A stretch of 64,000 nucleotides of DNA from Eledone cirrhosa (taxonomy: Eukaryota), in assembly GCA_964016885.1 (NCBI GenBank), contig OZ024741.1, forward strand, positions 58,218,001 through 58,282,000, in the 5' to 3' direction. The notes beneath the pieces were generated by a model. That model made no database searches. It saw nothing but the letters and a program-made list of their open reading frames with translations, and was not told the DNA's origin. Shown piece after piece: positions 28,837-43,555 of the stretch; within the stretch, counting starts at the first letter, position 1, and every line of letters starts with the position of its first letter. Made by a program: the position numbers and the translations under genes.

Positions 28837-29564
28837 GCACACAGAGAGTGTGTGAGAGAGAGAGAGAGAGAGGTGAAAGCATTGGGTAAATTTGCAATGT
28901 GTGCATCTCAACACAAATGATCACTATATAATAGTTGAGAAAATCAGATAAAATACATAAGGATAAAAGTGGACAGAAGCAGGGGTTCAATTCTATGAAC
29001 CCAGGATCTAATGATTGTATATCAAACATCATAAACATTCGGCTACAAAGTACCATTGCATTTCATAAAGGGTTCACAGAAGTTCAAGTATGACTCAAAA
29101 TGAAATGAACATGCCCGAAATTGAAGAAAGCAAGATAAGATATGGTTACACAAAGAAAACATCATTACAAGAGACTTTGTTGTTGTTGTTGAATATTTAA
29201 TGTAGAATTGCAATAAGATTGAATTTTACTTGAACCAAGAAATTGGAAGTCAAGACAATAATTGTATGTGGAATTGAAATGTATTGGATGTAAAATGGTA
29301 AATAAATAAAGAAGCAAGATGAAGTGGTTGTAAGAATATAAACAGATCTAAGGTATAAAAAAGAAATTACATCATCCTATATATATATATATATATAGTA
29401 CAAGTGTGTTAATGACATAGAAAACATATGTAGTGCATTGATGAAATGAAATAGAAGTTGAAGTGAAAAACATTTACATTGTAGAAAATATATATTCACA
29501 CTCACAAACATACAATCATACATGCATGTGTTGACATGGTTGAAAAAATATAATTTTTCCTTAC

Positions 29565-30490
29565 TCCTGCAGATTGCTAACTCTGCCCCGATAGCAGTGA
29601 GCAAGGAAGTGGTACAGGGACCAAGAACACCGTAAGTTTCCACTGCTACAAGCCTATTAGAAAGGGACTGGTATTTCATCTTGTCAGGCAATGAAAACTG
29701 AGTCACCTAAAGTACCAAGTTGTCACTAGAGAGAGTGTGGCTACATTTTGCATTCCAGATGAGGTGCTTACCACTGTGAAATAGGGAAATTGTGATACCA
29801 TTTGGCCTTTTGCCATTACCTTGATTCAGCCACAATGGCTCAAGCTACAAATGAAACCAGCAGCATCCAAGCCATGTTTAATGATGTTGTTGAGAGAGCA
29901 ATAGGCTCTCTCAACAAGATCATTGACAGTAGGGGAAGGTTAAAAGCATCTACTGCAGATCCAGTGACATTTATTTTGCTTACAGAGTTGGAGGCTAAGC
30001 AAAAGGGAAACACTGATGCATAGACAGTCACTGTCCAGCTGAGTACTGATTGATAGCAAGGGTAAGGTGTTTAGTGAGGCACTGCAATAGGGTTGGAAGG
30101 GAAAATGAAAACATGGTGCTGATCTAGCAGGCACACAAGGCTGTTAAAAGCCTTGTCACCTTGTCAAATCTGTAAGAGATGCATGACTATAACAGGGAGC
30201 ACTACAAAAGATGAACAACAGCTTCAGTATGGTGAAACAGTTAGTCAACAGAAAGAGGGCTGGATGCATGCAAATAAGGTTTAGTGTGCTCAAAATTGTT
30301 TTGAGCTTGCAAAGGTTAAATTTGATGGTTGGCAGGCTGAAAGATCAAGTGACCAAAAATGAGAACTTCTGCCTTCACATTCACCTACACCTGGTGGAGT
30401 ATTGATCATATGACTGAAATGGAGGCCTCAGAGCCCTCTGAGTTTTCATAAACATTCACAACCTCCAGCTTAGACAAGTGAACTTGAGGC
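29565..30490 (-). mobile_element. Old CRE-type non-LTR retrotransposon relic (post-RT region, Zn knuckle, RLE endonuclease)
   Basis: Minus-strand translation across frameshifts: 'HPALFLLTNCFTILKLLFI', 'LNTLP...TQLDSDCLCISVSLLL.LQLC...C', 'SLNNIIKHGLDAAG..LEP..L.QGNGKRPNGIT...GKHLIWNAKC', 'KYQSL...VAVETYGVLGP'. This matches the CRE-like 'LEP.GL...DGKRPDG.T..PW..GK.L.WD' / 'KY..L...P.AVET.G' pattern. Confidence 0.78.
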
Positions 30491-30659
30491 TGACCCACAC
30501 TAGAACAAGAACTACTGAATGGAGGTCATGTCAGATAGTCTCCAATAATTTAAGAATTGTGAACATTACACCTACATTCACACAAACTTACATACATATA
30601 GAAACACACACACACATACAGAAACACATGCAAACATACACTCACACATATATACACCC

Positions 30660-30826
30660 ATGCAAAAGGAAGGCCCAGAAAGATTTGGACAGAGGTAGTG
30701 AAAGCTGATCTCAGGATGTCCAATCTCATAAAGGATATGAAGAAAGAAATAAGTGGGGGGAAACTTTGCTGGAGAGAACTCAACAGAACATTACAAGCAT
30801 GAAAAAATGTACATAAAAATGATGAT
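30660..30826 (+). mobile_element. Old RTE 3' remnant
   Basis: Translates 'GRPRKIWTEVVKADLRM', followed by a degenerate tail. Confidence 0.6.
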
Positions 30827-30874
30827 GTGGTAGTTGTGGTGTAAGTTGAAACTGGAAAACAAATTTAGTTTCCC

Positions 30875-31074
30875 NNNNNNNNNNNNNNNNNNNNNNNNNN
30901 NNNNNNNNNNNNNNNNNNNNNNNNNNNNNNNNNNNNNNNNNNNNNNNNNNNNNNNNNNNNNNNNNNNNNNNNNNNNNNNNNNNNNNNNNNNNNNNNNNNN
31001 NNNNNNNNNNNNNNNNNNNNNNNNNNNNNNNNNNNNNNNNNNNNNNNNNNNNNNNNNNNNNNNNNNNNNNNNNN
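30875..31074. other. Assembly gap (200 N)
   Basis: Run of N. Confidence 0.99.
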
Positions 31075-31949
31075 GAGAAAGTTATAGGAATCCCCTCCAT
31101 TCCAATAGAAATTGTACTGTTAATAATGTCTGTCTATATTAGAAATTATTTATCTACCATTGGAGGATTCCCTAATGATTAACAATTGATGAAAACAGAC
31201 TGTCTCTTTCTAGCTTTTTTTTTTGTTTGCTTCCCCTCTCTTTTATCGCTGTATCTCTCTCCCTCAATTTCTATCACTCTCTCTTTTGTCACTCTCCCCA
31301 TCACTCTTTTTCCTCTCACCAACCTCTCATGTATTTGGCTTTTTCTCCCCCCCCCCCCTCTCTCACTTGCTCTATTTCTTTTTTTTTGTTTCTTAGTCTT
31401 TTTTAAACTTTTTTTTCTTCTGTCAGTCTGTCTGTTTGTCTGTCTCTCTCTTTTGTCATTTGCATGCAATCATTTCATATAGTTGTCCTTTTTTCTTGTT
31501 GTTGTTACTGTTGTTGTTCAGCAGCAGTAGACTGCTATTTGATCTCTCCTCACTAAAGTAGATCAGTTTTTTCTAATAACTATTTAATAACTTGCTTAAA
31601 CTATTTTATTGGGGGAGAAAGAGCGAGAGAAAAATGGAAAAGAAATAAAGAAAAAAAGAAAAACGAAAGAGAAAGAAAGAAAAAGGCAAAAGAAAGAAAG
31701 AAAAATGAAAAAGAAAGAAAGAAAAAAAGAATAAGGAGAGAAAAAGGAAAATAATTGAGTGTAGGTGGAATGGACTCTTATCAATTTCCAGAGCATTCCA
31801 GTTGTTCAATCAACAGTATAGCCTGTTCATGAAATTAATATGGATGTGCATGAGAATTCCACAGACCATGTACCCTAAACGTACTTCTCAGGGAGATTCA
31901 ACATGGCACAATGAGTAACAAGGCTAGACAATTGTATTATAGATACAGT

Positions 31950-32122
31950 TCATCTGACAGGCTTCCAAACAGTTTCTGTCAACCAAGTTTCACTCACAAG
32001 GCATAGGTTGACTTGAGGTTATGGTAGATGGCACTTGCCCATGATGCCATGCAGTGGGATTGAACCCAGGACCTAATGATTGTCAAATGAAACTTTTAAC
32101 CATCCGGTCATGCTTTTACCTA
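31950..32122 (-). mobile_element. tRNA-type SINE
   Basis: Plus strand shows 'cagtgggattgaacccagg' (reverse-complement B box) and 'cacttgccca'. Similar copies at 45680-45775, 56790-56975 and 52630-52770 (+). Confidence 0.6.
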
Positions 32123-32397
32123 CAAGAATGTAAGTAGGAAAATTAAATTGCACTGGTGAACCAGCATTGAGCAAAACACAAACACATAAAAACATGCACA
32201 CACATACAAACATATAAACACATGTGCATACACATACAGATATACACATCCATGTGTGGTTATGTTTGCTATGTTACTCTAAGTATATATTTGCCTTATG
32301 TATGCATTTATGAACATCGATGTGTAAGTGTATTTTATTTATAATATTTCTATCTATATCAGGCAAGCTTTAAATGTGATAATATGAGTATTACTAT

Positions 32398-32474
<77 letters not shown>

Positions 32475-34379
32475 TATATATTTAGAAAAAGGAAAGATAA
32501 AAAATTAAGTTATTGTATTCTTCTGACACATGTTTCTGCAAAAACAGAGATAAAAGAAAAAATAATAAAGAAACCTTGCTAAATTGTGTGTATGTATGTA
32601 TATATATAGATAGATAGATAGATAGATAGATATATCACAATGAAAAATATATATATATATAGGTTCTCTTTAAACATATATGGAATCTGAACTATGTATG
32701 CATAAAATTGTTATTATTGAAGCTTTAATGTGAATTTTTATATATTTATCATTTTTTCCTTTTCTATTTTTACAATTGTATTGATTAAACAGTTGGGAGT
32801 TCAAACCTCTGCATCTTTACCTTGCCTACAGTTAAACTATGTCACTATCAAAGATTTTCTTTATAACAATTTATTTCCTGTGCTTAATACTATTTACCAA
32901 CAAAACAGGTCATCTTTTTTCTTTACTTTTTATTTGCAGTTGGTTCTTGCTCGTTTCAATATTCTATTCTCAAATGCAAAATTAAAATTGCTTCATAGAA
33001 TATGCGTTATTTACAGATAATGCAAACTTCTCAAATAGATTATTTAATGGTTAGGACCTGTCAGCCTGGTATTCTGGTTCCAAAAATGTTTGACTTTATC
33101 ACACCAACCTGGTATTCTGGTACCAACCCTCTAACCACAAGGTCACATGCCTTCACTGTAATATCAATATAAGTTATAACAAAATGTAACATGCAATGCT
33201 GTACAGTTATGAAAGCTGTTAACACAAGAAACATTTCATTTAGTGAATGTAGTAGTCTAAACTGATTTCCTATTTCAAACATAACAAAACTGTCAGATGT
33301 TAATCCTAGTTTGAGAAGAAGAAGACTCTGAAGAGAAATATATCTTAGACATCTAAGATAACAAATTGCTTTAGATGAGTTGATACTTTAAGTAGAAATG
33401 AAATAAAATCAATTAAGAAACAGATTATCGAGTCTAAATTTAATTTCAGAAATTCTAGAGACAGACCTAATCACTGGGGAATCGCTTTTCTCCTCTTTCT
33501 TTGACTTTCCTAGATTTTAAAATTAAGAATCATACAACTGTATTTTAATACATACAATGTTTATATTTTATATAAAATCACCTTTTTATGTTCATGTTTC
33601 CATGCTGGGATAGGTCGAATGGATTGTTATGGACAAAGTCAGTACATAATCAGAGCTACTAGTTCCCTAGACAGGTCAGGGAACCATCTTGCACTCTGTT
33701 AGGTTCCATGTTGGCATGGCTTCTACTGCTGGATACCTTCCTATCACCAAAGATTTTACAGAGTATACTGGGTTGCATTTAATTATGGCACTGGCATGAG
33801 AGAGTTTGTCTTGTTCTTGGGATAATTGAAATGTTTACTACAAGGCCTCCTGTGCTTAAGCACATCTAAACACAATGGTAAATCCAGCACTGAGTGTCAA
33901 TATAATCGACTTGAGGTGAAAGATATTATAATTTGTATGCAGTTATCCATACTTGATATTTAATAGACTGTTTTTAGTTTTCTGATTTTCCTCATATTTA
34001 AGCTTTTTCCTCTTGAACATATGTGTATATGTCAAATGAGAAATGAGCTCCTTAGAGACTAAAACACTTAAAAACAGTGCCCCAGCATGGTTGCAGTCTA
34101 ACAATTGAAGCCAGTAAAAGAATAAAAGAATAATTAAACTACCTCTTTAAAAAAAACCAATATTGAGGAGATATGAAGGTAGGTTCAATATTTTTGGTAT
34201 AAACCATCCTGTAATCTCTAAACACATTCACTAGTGATTACTAGAGTAAAAAATAAAAATAAATATATCTATTTTTTTTTGCAGTATATTTGGAGTCATG
34301 TGTTTATTATTGGCAATAAAATTCTCATTTAGTTTTAGTTGATATAGAGACAATATTTTCATCGCCTATCATAATGATT

Positions 34380-34619
34380 ATACACACATATGCATACATA
34401 TATAGATATATGCACACACATACATGTATGCACACACACATATATATACACACACACATACATATATATATACACACATATATATATACACACACATACA
34501 TATATATATACACACACATACATATACACACATACATATATATATACACACACATACACACATGCATACATTTATATATAGATTTTATGCATACACATAC
34601 GTATATATATACACATATA

Positions 34620-34659
<40 letters not shown>

Positions 34660-34765
34660 CATGCATGCATACATACAATCACACATATATACATTTACAT
34701 ACATATAGATATGTAATTACACATACATATAGATATGCAATTACACATACATATATATATACATG

Positions 34766-34797
<32 letters not shown>

Positions 34798-34912
34798 CAC
34801 ACATAATGCATGCAGATATATACATATGCATAAATACATATACATACATATACATACATTTATATATCATATATCATACATATACATACGTATGTACATA
34901 TACATATATATA
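34380..34912. repeat. (CA)/(TA) degenerate microsatellite
   Basis: Directly visible. Confidence 0.9.
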
Positions 34913-35859
34913 GATTATTAAAAAAAGAGTTTGCTGATTATCACAAACTGGAGTGGTGATGGCTATGGTTGGTTGGCAGTGAAAAGGTTAATCAAATATA
35001 TACTGAACATGAAATCTATTCTTAATAGAAACACTGTCTGGGTATTCTGTATGCTATCTTGTTACCTTAACTAATCTACTGTAACAATATTAAAGTAATA
35101 AATACAAAATCTCTGTGCCAGCTTTTCAGAACTATTTCACTATAAGCATAGTAAATTGGTAGAGTCTTTAGAATGCAAAAATATTTCGCAGTATGCATTT
35201 TCTTGTTTTCTGTGTTTTGAGTTCAAATCTCAGTGATGTCAACTCTGTCTCTCATACTTTTGAAGTTGATAAATATGCCTTTGCGGTCCTGTCTGCAGGG
35301 CACAGCCCAAACACTGCTGCACCCTAGGCTTAGAGCCCACTACCCTCCCTTTCCCCCTCCCATTCTTCAGTGACCCTAGAGCCCTTCACTTTCCCTTCAT
35401 TTTCTGTTTTTAAGTATCTGTAGTGTTGTTATTTGAAATAGAAATATGATTTTTTAAATTTTCATTAATAAAACGTTTTTATACATTAAAGAAAAACACC
35501 ACTTTAATACTGAAGTTCATTTCTCCCCTATCTTTCTCACTTCATCTCTCTCTCTCTTTCTCTTGAAGGCATCGGCTGTGTTAAGACCTAGAGAGAGATG
35601 GGCTCAACTAGGTTTAAATGCCTAAGGCCTGCTGTATTGTCACAGCTGTCCCCTATAACTCCATTAAGATATATGGGTTAGAATATAATATTTTCCAAAC
35701 TCTGCATGTTAAAAGACAAGAAACAATGAAAACAAAATGAACAGCATGAGATAGATGCAGCTGTTGCTTCACATCCACATAGTCTTAAGTTCAGCAGTCC
35801 CATTGTCTTCTAAAATAGCTTTATGTTGAACAATTGTCAGTGAAATTTGATAGATGGAA

Positions 35860-36250
35860 ATCAGCATTTTACATCCTCACTCCATGCTGACATGAGTTGG
35901 ACAAGTTGTCACAGTCCAAGACTAGATGGGTTAGAAAGACCTCATACATTCTATATTTGGAATTGTTTCTATAGTTGGATGCCCTTCCTAATGCCAACCA
36001 ACTTACTGAGTTTGCTGGGTTCATTTTATCGTGACAAGTACTTCCACTATACAGAATGTAGTGAGTGTATTTTTTTTTTATTGTGGCACCAGCACTATTA
36101 CTTTACAGAATGGAAAAGATGTATTTTATTGTGGCACCAGTACTAACATTTTCCAGAGTATACTGGGTGAATTTTATCATGGCATCAGTACTACCATTTT
36201 ACAGAGTGTGCTGGGTGCAGTTTATTGTGGCACCAGCACTAACACTTTAC
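35860..36250 (-). mobile_element. RTE-tail SINE with tandem units
   Basis: 'ctatagttggatgcccttcctaatgcc' plus repeated 'tttacagagtgtgctgggtgc...gtggcaccagcact'. Confidence 0.65.
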
Positions 36251-36259
36251 CTGGTGGAC

Positions 36260-36298
<39 letters not shown>

Positions 36299-37913
36299 AC
36301 ATCTACACTGTTTAATAACTGGCATTAATGTCTTGTTACTTAGCAATTCAATAAATAGAGATCGTAAACATCTGGTTAACTAAAGAGGCATTGGGAAAAG
36401 TTGACATTTGAATTGTTGTTGACCTCATCTAAATGACTATATTCATAATAAATTTAAATTAGTATAAATAATATTTGGAAATATTGAGTAAAGTGTCACT
36501 GAAGATGGAAAAAAGTGGACAGAGATAATTTCAAGGAACTGACCCAAACATCTCTTGCATGCCAGGGAAATGTGCTAGCCATCATACTAATGGGTCCCTG
36601 GCCACTAATTTGCAATTTTTTAGAAGATTTTAAGCCTGTAGTTGGATATGTAAACATCTGGTTGACGTAAGAAGTATTGGGGAAATTTGAAATGTCATCT
36701 ATCCCAATGCAATCGTATCCAGATCTTTCAAATATTATTTATAGTGATTGACTATTATTATTATAAATTGGCAGTATCGATAGAGCATTGGACAACATGC
36801 TTCATGTCATAGAGTTACGGCACTTTACGTTCTGCGTTCAAATCCCGTCCATTCCAAATTTCAAATAGTTATAAATATAACAAGTACAAGATTTAAAAAA
36901 CAATAAGTACTCGAATTGATATGATAAGACAGTGCCACAGCATGGCCACACTCCAATGACTGAAATCAATAAATGAATGAATATAAATAATAGTAACAAT
37001 ATTATGATAAATATTCTTAATATTCTTAAAACAAATATATTTCTAAATTTTTAAATTCATTTATTTTTTGACAAATTATCTTTGTTTTTATTTATAATTT
37101 CAAGAATTCTCTTCTCTTTTTCTCTCTATATCTCTCTTTCCCCTTGTCTCTTTTTCTTTCTCCCTCTCTACATCCATTCCCATTCAGCATTATCTAATTT
37201 TTCTAGCATTTATAATAATGTTATAATTCACCATCAGTTTTCTTTTGAAGTGAAAACATATCTATCTAGGGACAGAAATTTCTACCATTTTTGTCACCAA
37301 TTCTGTAAAGAAGAAAAGGGTTAAAAGATGAGAGTAAACACATCCCAAACACAAACCTATAATGTTTAAAAAGCAAAACAGAAACAGGCAAACACACAAA
37401 TAAGTTAACAAATATATAGAAATCTTTTATTCTTTTACTGGTTTCAGTCATTTTAGGCAAAGGCCATGCTAGGGCAATGCCTTCATTTAATCAATCATAT
37501 CAACCTGGTACATATTTTATTTATCTCTTTTTGTCAAACTGCTAAGTTACAAGGCATAAACACAGACACAAACATATAAATATATAAACATATGGACGTA
37601 GACAGCTCTCTCTCTCTCTCTATATATATATATATGTAAATATATATATATATATATATAAACATATATATATATATGTAAATATATATATATATAAACA
37701 TATATATATGTAAATATATATATATATATAAACATATATATACATGTATAAACTTAAGAAAATTAACAAAGGATGGACAAAACAATGAACAGAAACAAGG
37801 CCAAACGAAAAACATCTTTTAAGAGGAAACTCGAAAGAATTATTTTACTAAGGTTTATGACCACTCTACAATGTGAATATATTTATATATATACACACAC
37901 ACATACACAAACA

Positions 37914-39053
37914 CATCATCATTTTACGTCTGCTCTTCCCTGCTTGCAAGGGTGGGACGGGTCTTATTCAGCACAGTATCTCTCCACTCGTCACGGTCCT
38001 TCGTCATCTCCAGCATGAGCTTCAACGATCTAAGGTCTGTTCTCACCCCCTCCGCCCATGTTTTTTGTTGTCTACCTCTACCATGTCTTCCTTCAACTGG
38101 CATTTCCTGGCACTTCTTCACCCATCGGTCATCCTCCATGCGCATCACATGTCCATACCACCTCAGTCTCCTCTCCTGTACACTACATTCTATCCCTCTC
38201 AGACACAGTTTCTCTCTCAACACATTCATGCTGGGTCGTTCACGCACATTTACACTGCACATCCAATGGAGCATGCTTGCCTCATTTCTCTCCAGCCATT
38301 GCATATCCTCTGCAGTTGCTGCCCATGTCTCACTACCATGCAGCATCGCGCTCCTCACACAGGCATCATATAACCGGCCTTTTGTACGCAGGGAGAAACC
38401 CTTCTTCATCAGCAGAAGAAGCAGCTCCTTAAACTTCTTCCAACCCATCCTTATTCTAGATACTATGGTCTCGGAAAACCCCCCTCCCATGCTAATCTGA
38501 TCTCCTAGGTACCGGAAGCTATCCACCACTTCTATAGCACCCTCCTGCATTTGAAAAATGTGTCTATCAATGCGACTTCTACTGTCTAATTTCCCTGTAC
38601 ATCTACTGCATACATATTTCTCACTACCTGTTAGTTTGCCTGCTATCCCGCTACATCTCTTGTATACCCTGGATCTGCATTGTGTGCATTTTATAGAATT
38701 TATGCCAGTTCTTTTTCTGCATATCGAACATGGCCATTTCCCTGATGGAATCAGAGTTTTGTCCCCTTTTCTACTCATCAACACTTTTGTCTTAGCTAGG
38801 TTCACTCTCAGTCCTCTTGCTATTTCCATAGCCAGAATTTATTCTCTAACTCCTCTACTGATTCTGCTATAAGAACCAGATCGTCAGCATAGAGAAGTTT
38901 TCATGGACAGCCAGTCTTAAACTCCTCTATTATGGCTTGGAGGACTATAATGAACAAGAGCGGGCTGAGGACCAAACCTTGATGTACTCCTACTTGTATC
39001 TGGAATTCCTCACTAAACTCCATTCCTACCCTGACTTTACTGAGAGTACCTCT
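37914..39053 (-). mobile_element. RTE LINE, older subfamily, 5'-truncated in RT, with a very short 3' UTR
   Basis: ORFs 38901-39146 ('VGVHQGLVLSPLLF') and 37924-38829 ('NLAKTKV...WPCSIC...RRLRWYGHV'); (GAT)n tail. Confidence 0.93.
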
Positions 39054-40267
39054 GATAGAGAGAGAGTGAGAGAGAGAGAGAGAGTGAAAGAGAGAGAGTG
39101 AGAGAGAGAGGAAGAGAGAGAGTGAGAGAGAGAGGAAGAGATGCATAGATAGATAGAGAAAGACCTGGGCAGAGGGTGGTGAGAGCTGGCCTCAAATCGC
39201 TGAGACTCACGGTGAATGGAAAAGCAGACAAAAACGATGATTATTTATATATATATATATATATATATACACGCACATGCTCAACCATATTTAGCATTAT
39301 CATCATTTAATGTCCATTTTTTCCTGTTAGCAAGGGCTAGACCGGTAGTCACAAAGCAAGTCAGTACTTCTTAGAGTATCTTGTTTACATAAACTCATGG
39401 ATTTTACAGAGTGCAATTGGTGCATTTAACTGTGGCTATTCATCAGCACTAAGGAGGTTGTCATGTTTTTGACACAATTGAAGAGTCCTCCTGAACCTTT
39501 GTTTTGCATAGTTTCTGCTGCTGGGTGCCTTTCTTAACCCCAACCACATTACATGTATATATATGTATGTAGTAATGACTGATAAGTTTTTTAAAAGCCG
39601 GTACAATACATTGTACTGGCTTTTAAAAAACTTATCATTTATTTACTACATATTCACAATGCTTCATATTAACTACACTACTCTCTCTGTAATGTGTGTG
39701 TGTATATATATATATATATAAAACGGTATAGTTTGTATGAAGCATTGCAATATATGTAACAATAATAGAGGCTATGGAGAGGAACGTGGGGAATTTGCCA
39801 ATTAAAGAAGCTCCCATTAAAAACATGCTTAAGCTGTAAATTAATAATAGAACAGAGCTACATGGAGTAGAGTGGCTGTTGTTACTGGTCTGTGCATGTA
39901 TACCTCCAATGGTCAGTCACACACAAAGCACAGGAAAATTTTGAGATCAGAATGTCACATTTTTCTGTGTTCATTGCTAATCATTTGAAAAGAAGATCTT
40001 TACTTTGAAATATCATTAAAAATCTATGTGGCCATTTGAAGCTAGTGTCAGTATGATGGAAAATATCATTTTGTTTTGTTTTCTAATTGTTTTATCCCAA
40101 TACCATCTCTACATTTCTATTCACATTGTACCAGCTTTCCTAACACTATTATAGGAAGGGCATTCCATCTATAGAAGCCAAGCCCAAAACAGGCCCATGT
40201 GAGCTGACTTGCCTCATAACATGATAACCCATCTAACCCATGCAAGCATGGAAAATAGACGTCAAAC

Positions 40268-40333
<66 letters not shown>

Positions 40334-40742
40334 GCTATTATGTTTTACCAGACAAGATTCGTTAGAGAGTATAATATCTACTAATTGAGTTGATAAGTCA
40401 TTAGATATATAATATTTAGAAAACTTCCAAGAAGTACAGGAAGTTGGTCGGTGCCAGGTGCATTGTGGGGATTCTTAATACTTCATTACACACTTTACTC
40501 TCAAAAGACAACATGACTGTCTTATTAGAGACATTATTAAAGTTATACAGTCTAGTAGGCTACGTTGTTCTGTGTTTGTGAATGTATATACATGTGAATG
40601 TGTGTGTGCCTGTATGTGTGTATTTTTGTATGTGTACATATATCTGTGTGTGTGTGTGTGTATGTATGTAAGTATATATACATATATACGTGTGTGTGTG
40701 TGTATATGTATGTAAGTATATATACATATATACGTGTGTGTG

Positions 40743-40780
<38 letters not shown>

Positions 40781-41193
40781 CTCAAACACACGCACACATA
40801 CATATGTATTTATATATGTGTATACATATATACATAAATACATACATACACAGACAGTAAAAGTTTTTCAAGATGATAATTTAGTATTATCTACGACAAG
40901 TGAGATGGAGGATGACTATACAACTATAACATAGACCACAACCAGCATTAATCATCTTCAAAACAGACAATAACACACCAACACACTAAAACCCAAAGAT
41001 AAGAAAACAAATAAAATAAAAACGAATGTAGCTCAATTTTCAGGTTTGTAAACTGAAGTTGAAATAAATGTAATTTGTGTTAAAGAAATGCTTAAATAGA
41101 AAGTTTATAAATCCATCAAGATGTAGAATCAAGTAGTTCTTTAGCTTGTTTGTCTGAAGACAAAATGAACCACTAACCTCAATGATTTTACGC

Positions 41194-41367
41194 CAGACTT
41201 GTTACCTCTCCCACCCACTTTGGGGTAGGTGAGAGATGTCTTCTCTTGTGAAAATGGCTATAGCTTTCATTATGTAAAATCTCCCAATTTTGCCTCATTT
41301 TTCCCTGTTTTGGGGCACTTTTTTTCGCGGTACTCCCTGTTTGAGATTTTAGAGGTTGGCAGGTCTG
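41194..41367. mobile_element. Possible small MITE with ~16-bp imperfect TIRs
   Basis: 'cagacttgttacctct' versus 'agaggttggcaggtctg'. No clear TSD. Confidence 0.4.
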
Positions 41368-41702
41368 TTTCAATCATCCAGATTATCATCATGTTTATGT
41401 TCACTTTTCCATGAGATGTTTTGGGGTAGGTTTTGTTTTTCTTACTTTACATTTTACTCTAATTTTCACTCATATTCCTAACTTGTGTAGAACCATGCAA
41501 AAAGGGTTGATAGGACACTTCCATTGCACCAAGGACATGACAACTTCGCTAGTGCTGGTGCCATAATAAAATACACCCAGTACACTTGGTTAATAGCAGT
41601 GGCATTAGGAAACTGCAGAAAACTTATCAAAATATGGACAAGATGTTATCAGACCATGTCTTGATGACCCATTCAATCCATGTTAGCATGGGAAGCAGAT
41701 GT

Positions 41703-41735
<33 letters not shown>

Positions 41736-42133
41736 TGATCTCCAGTGTTAATGGTCACCAGACTGTCACCATCCTCCATCAAATTGGGATGAAGACTTCA
41801 TGCCTCAGGAAAGAATCCTGTGAGGTAAAGTGGTGGATACATCAGATGTTGCTGGTTATGTTACACAACATTGCTTTTGTTATCTTGTGTGCTCTGCTGT
41901 AGATGAGACTAAATGTTCAACAGAGGACTTCGATTGTTTTTGCTTATTGTTCTTTTATTCGTTAACTAGTTTCAGACATTCATGGCCATGTTGAGGCACT
42001 GCCTTGAAGGGATTTAGTTAACATTGTTATACCCAGTACTTATTTTTCCAAGCCTAGTATTTATTTTAACAATCTCTTTTTGTTAAACAAGTAATTTATG
42101 GGACATAAATACAGACATGAATATAAACAGATA

Positions 42134-42203
<70 letters not shown>

Positions 42204-42525
42204 TGCATGAGAGGTTTCTGCAGTTTCTGTCAACCAAACTTCAATATAGGGTGTTTGTCAGACTGGAGAGTACAATAACACAAAATTCTTCAAAGTGAGA
42301 GTAAACCCAAAATGACGCGGTTGTGAACTAAACTCCTTAACCACACAGCCATGCCTGCATCTATTATTTGTGGATTGGAAGAACAGTTAGAGTGTTATAT
42401 AAATGCCTTAAGGCATTTGTTTAATTTCTTTACATCTTTACTTAGTCATCTGTTCTGGGTTGATTTAATAATCTTTACCTCTACCAAATTGCTAACCTTC
42501 TGCCAAAATTAGAAACTTATCATTA

Positions 42526-42989
42526 CTAGCAGAAAAACCGCCTTGCAGGTGGTTTTCTGCTAGCATGTGTAGTGTGCATATTGATATTATATGAAAATAT
42601 ATATGCATATAGATATGATACGTAAAATGAAAAGTAAATTAACAATATACACAGAAATTGAACTGTTACACTCTCTTCTGTAATCAGTAAATTAATCCAT
42701 GATACATTTAAAAAAGACAATATTATATATAAACTACATTACGGCAAAATGTTATGAAAACGAAAAAGGAGAAAATGAGATTACTGACGGAAATATAAAC
42801 ATTATGATAGAAGATGGAAATATATGAAAGTATATATAATGATATATAAGCAATGTGATATAGCGATGAAAATATAGCGTAAGCTGAAATGTTATGATAT
42901 AATGGATGCTAACGGATGTGTTGACATTTGTGACAGAAGTGAACCTTGAAATAAGCAATACATTATATTTAATTGAGAGCTAAGAAATT
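42526..42989 (-). mobile_element. Non-autonomous Helitron, copy 1 (5' end eroded)
   Basis: Minus strand ends in a subterminal hairpin (gcagaaaaccacc-tgcaa-ggcggtttttctgc) plus CTAG. Homologous to 43556-44007. Confidence 0.7.
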
Positions 42990-42999
42990 ATCTTACCTC

Positions 43000-43290
43000 T
43001 TTTAAGCCTAGTTTCTTTCTCAGTTCATTGATGCTTTACTGTTCATGCACACTACTATTACATATCCATTGGAGCATGCAAGTTGATTTCTTTCCAATCT
43101 TCACAGGTCTTTTGCACACAGTGCCCAGGACTCACTACCATGCAGCATTGCTATTTGTACATAAGCATCATACAATCTGCCCTTTATTTGAGGCGAAAAC
43201 CTTTTGTAGCTAACAGCAGTAGTAGCTCCCAGAAATGTTTCCATCCCTTTTTACTCAGGCTACTGTACTTTCAGAAGACTCACCCCCATT
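43000..43290 (-). mobile_element. Degenerate RTE fragment (C-terminal coding region)
   Basis: Aligns by eye with 2455-2730. Confidence 0.75.
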
Positions 43291-43555
43291 ACTCAGGTAA
43301 CAGATGCTATCAACTAATTCTACAGAAACTTCTGAGCATTTAATGGGACTTCATTCTTGTGAGTTATGTATACATCTCCATCGGTATCAATGAGGAGTGT
43401 TCCAATTGTTCGATCAGAGGAACCACTTTAAATGAAATTTATGTGCAAGTGGCTGAGCATTCCACAGAGATAGGCACTCTTAAAGACGGAGGCTCATCAT
43501 AACAGTGTGTGACAAAGCCGGCTCTTTAACCCTTTAGCATTTACATTACTCTATA

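Noticed and set aside
30780-31142. ORFs spanning X residues
   Set aside because: Artefact of the 200-N gap; adjacency across the gap is uncertain.
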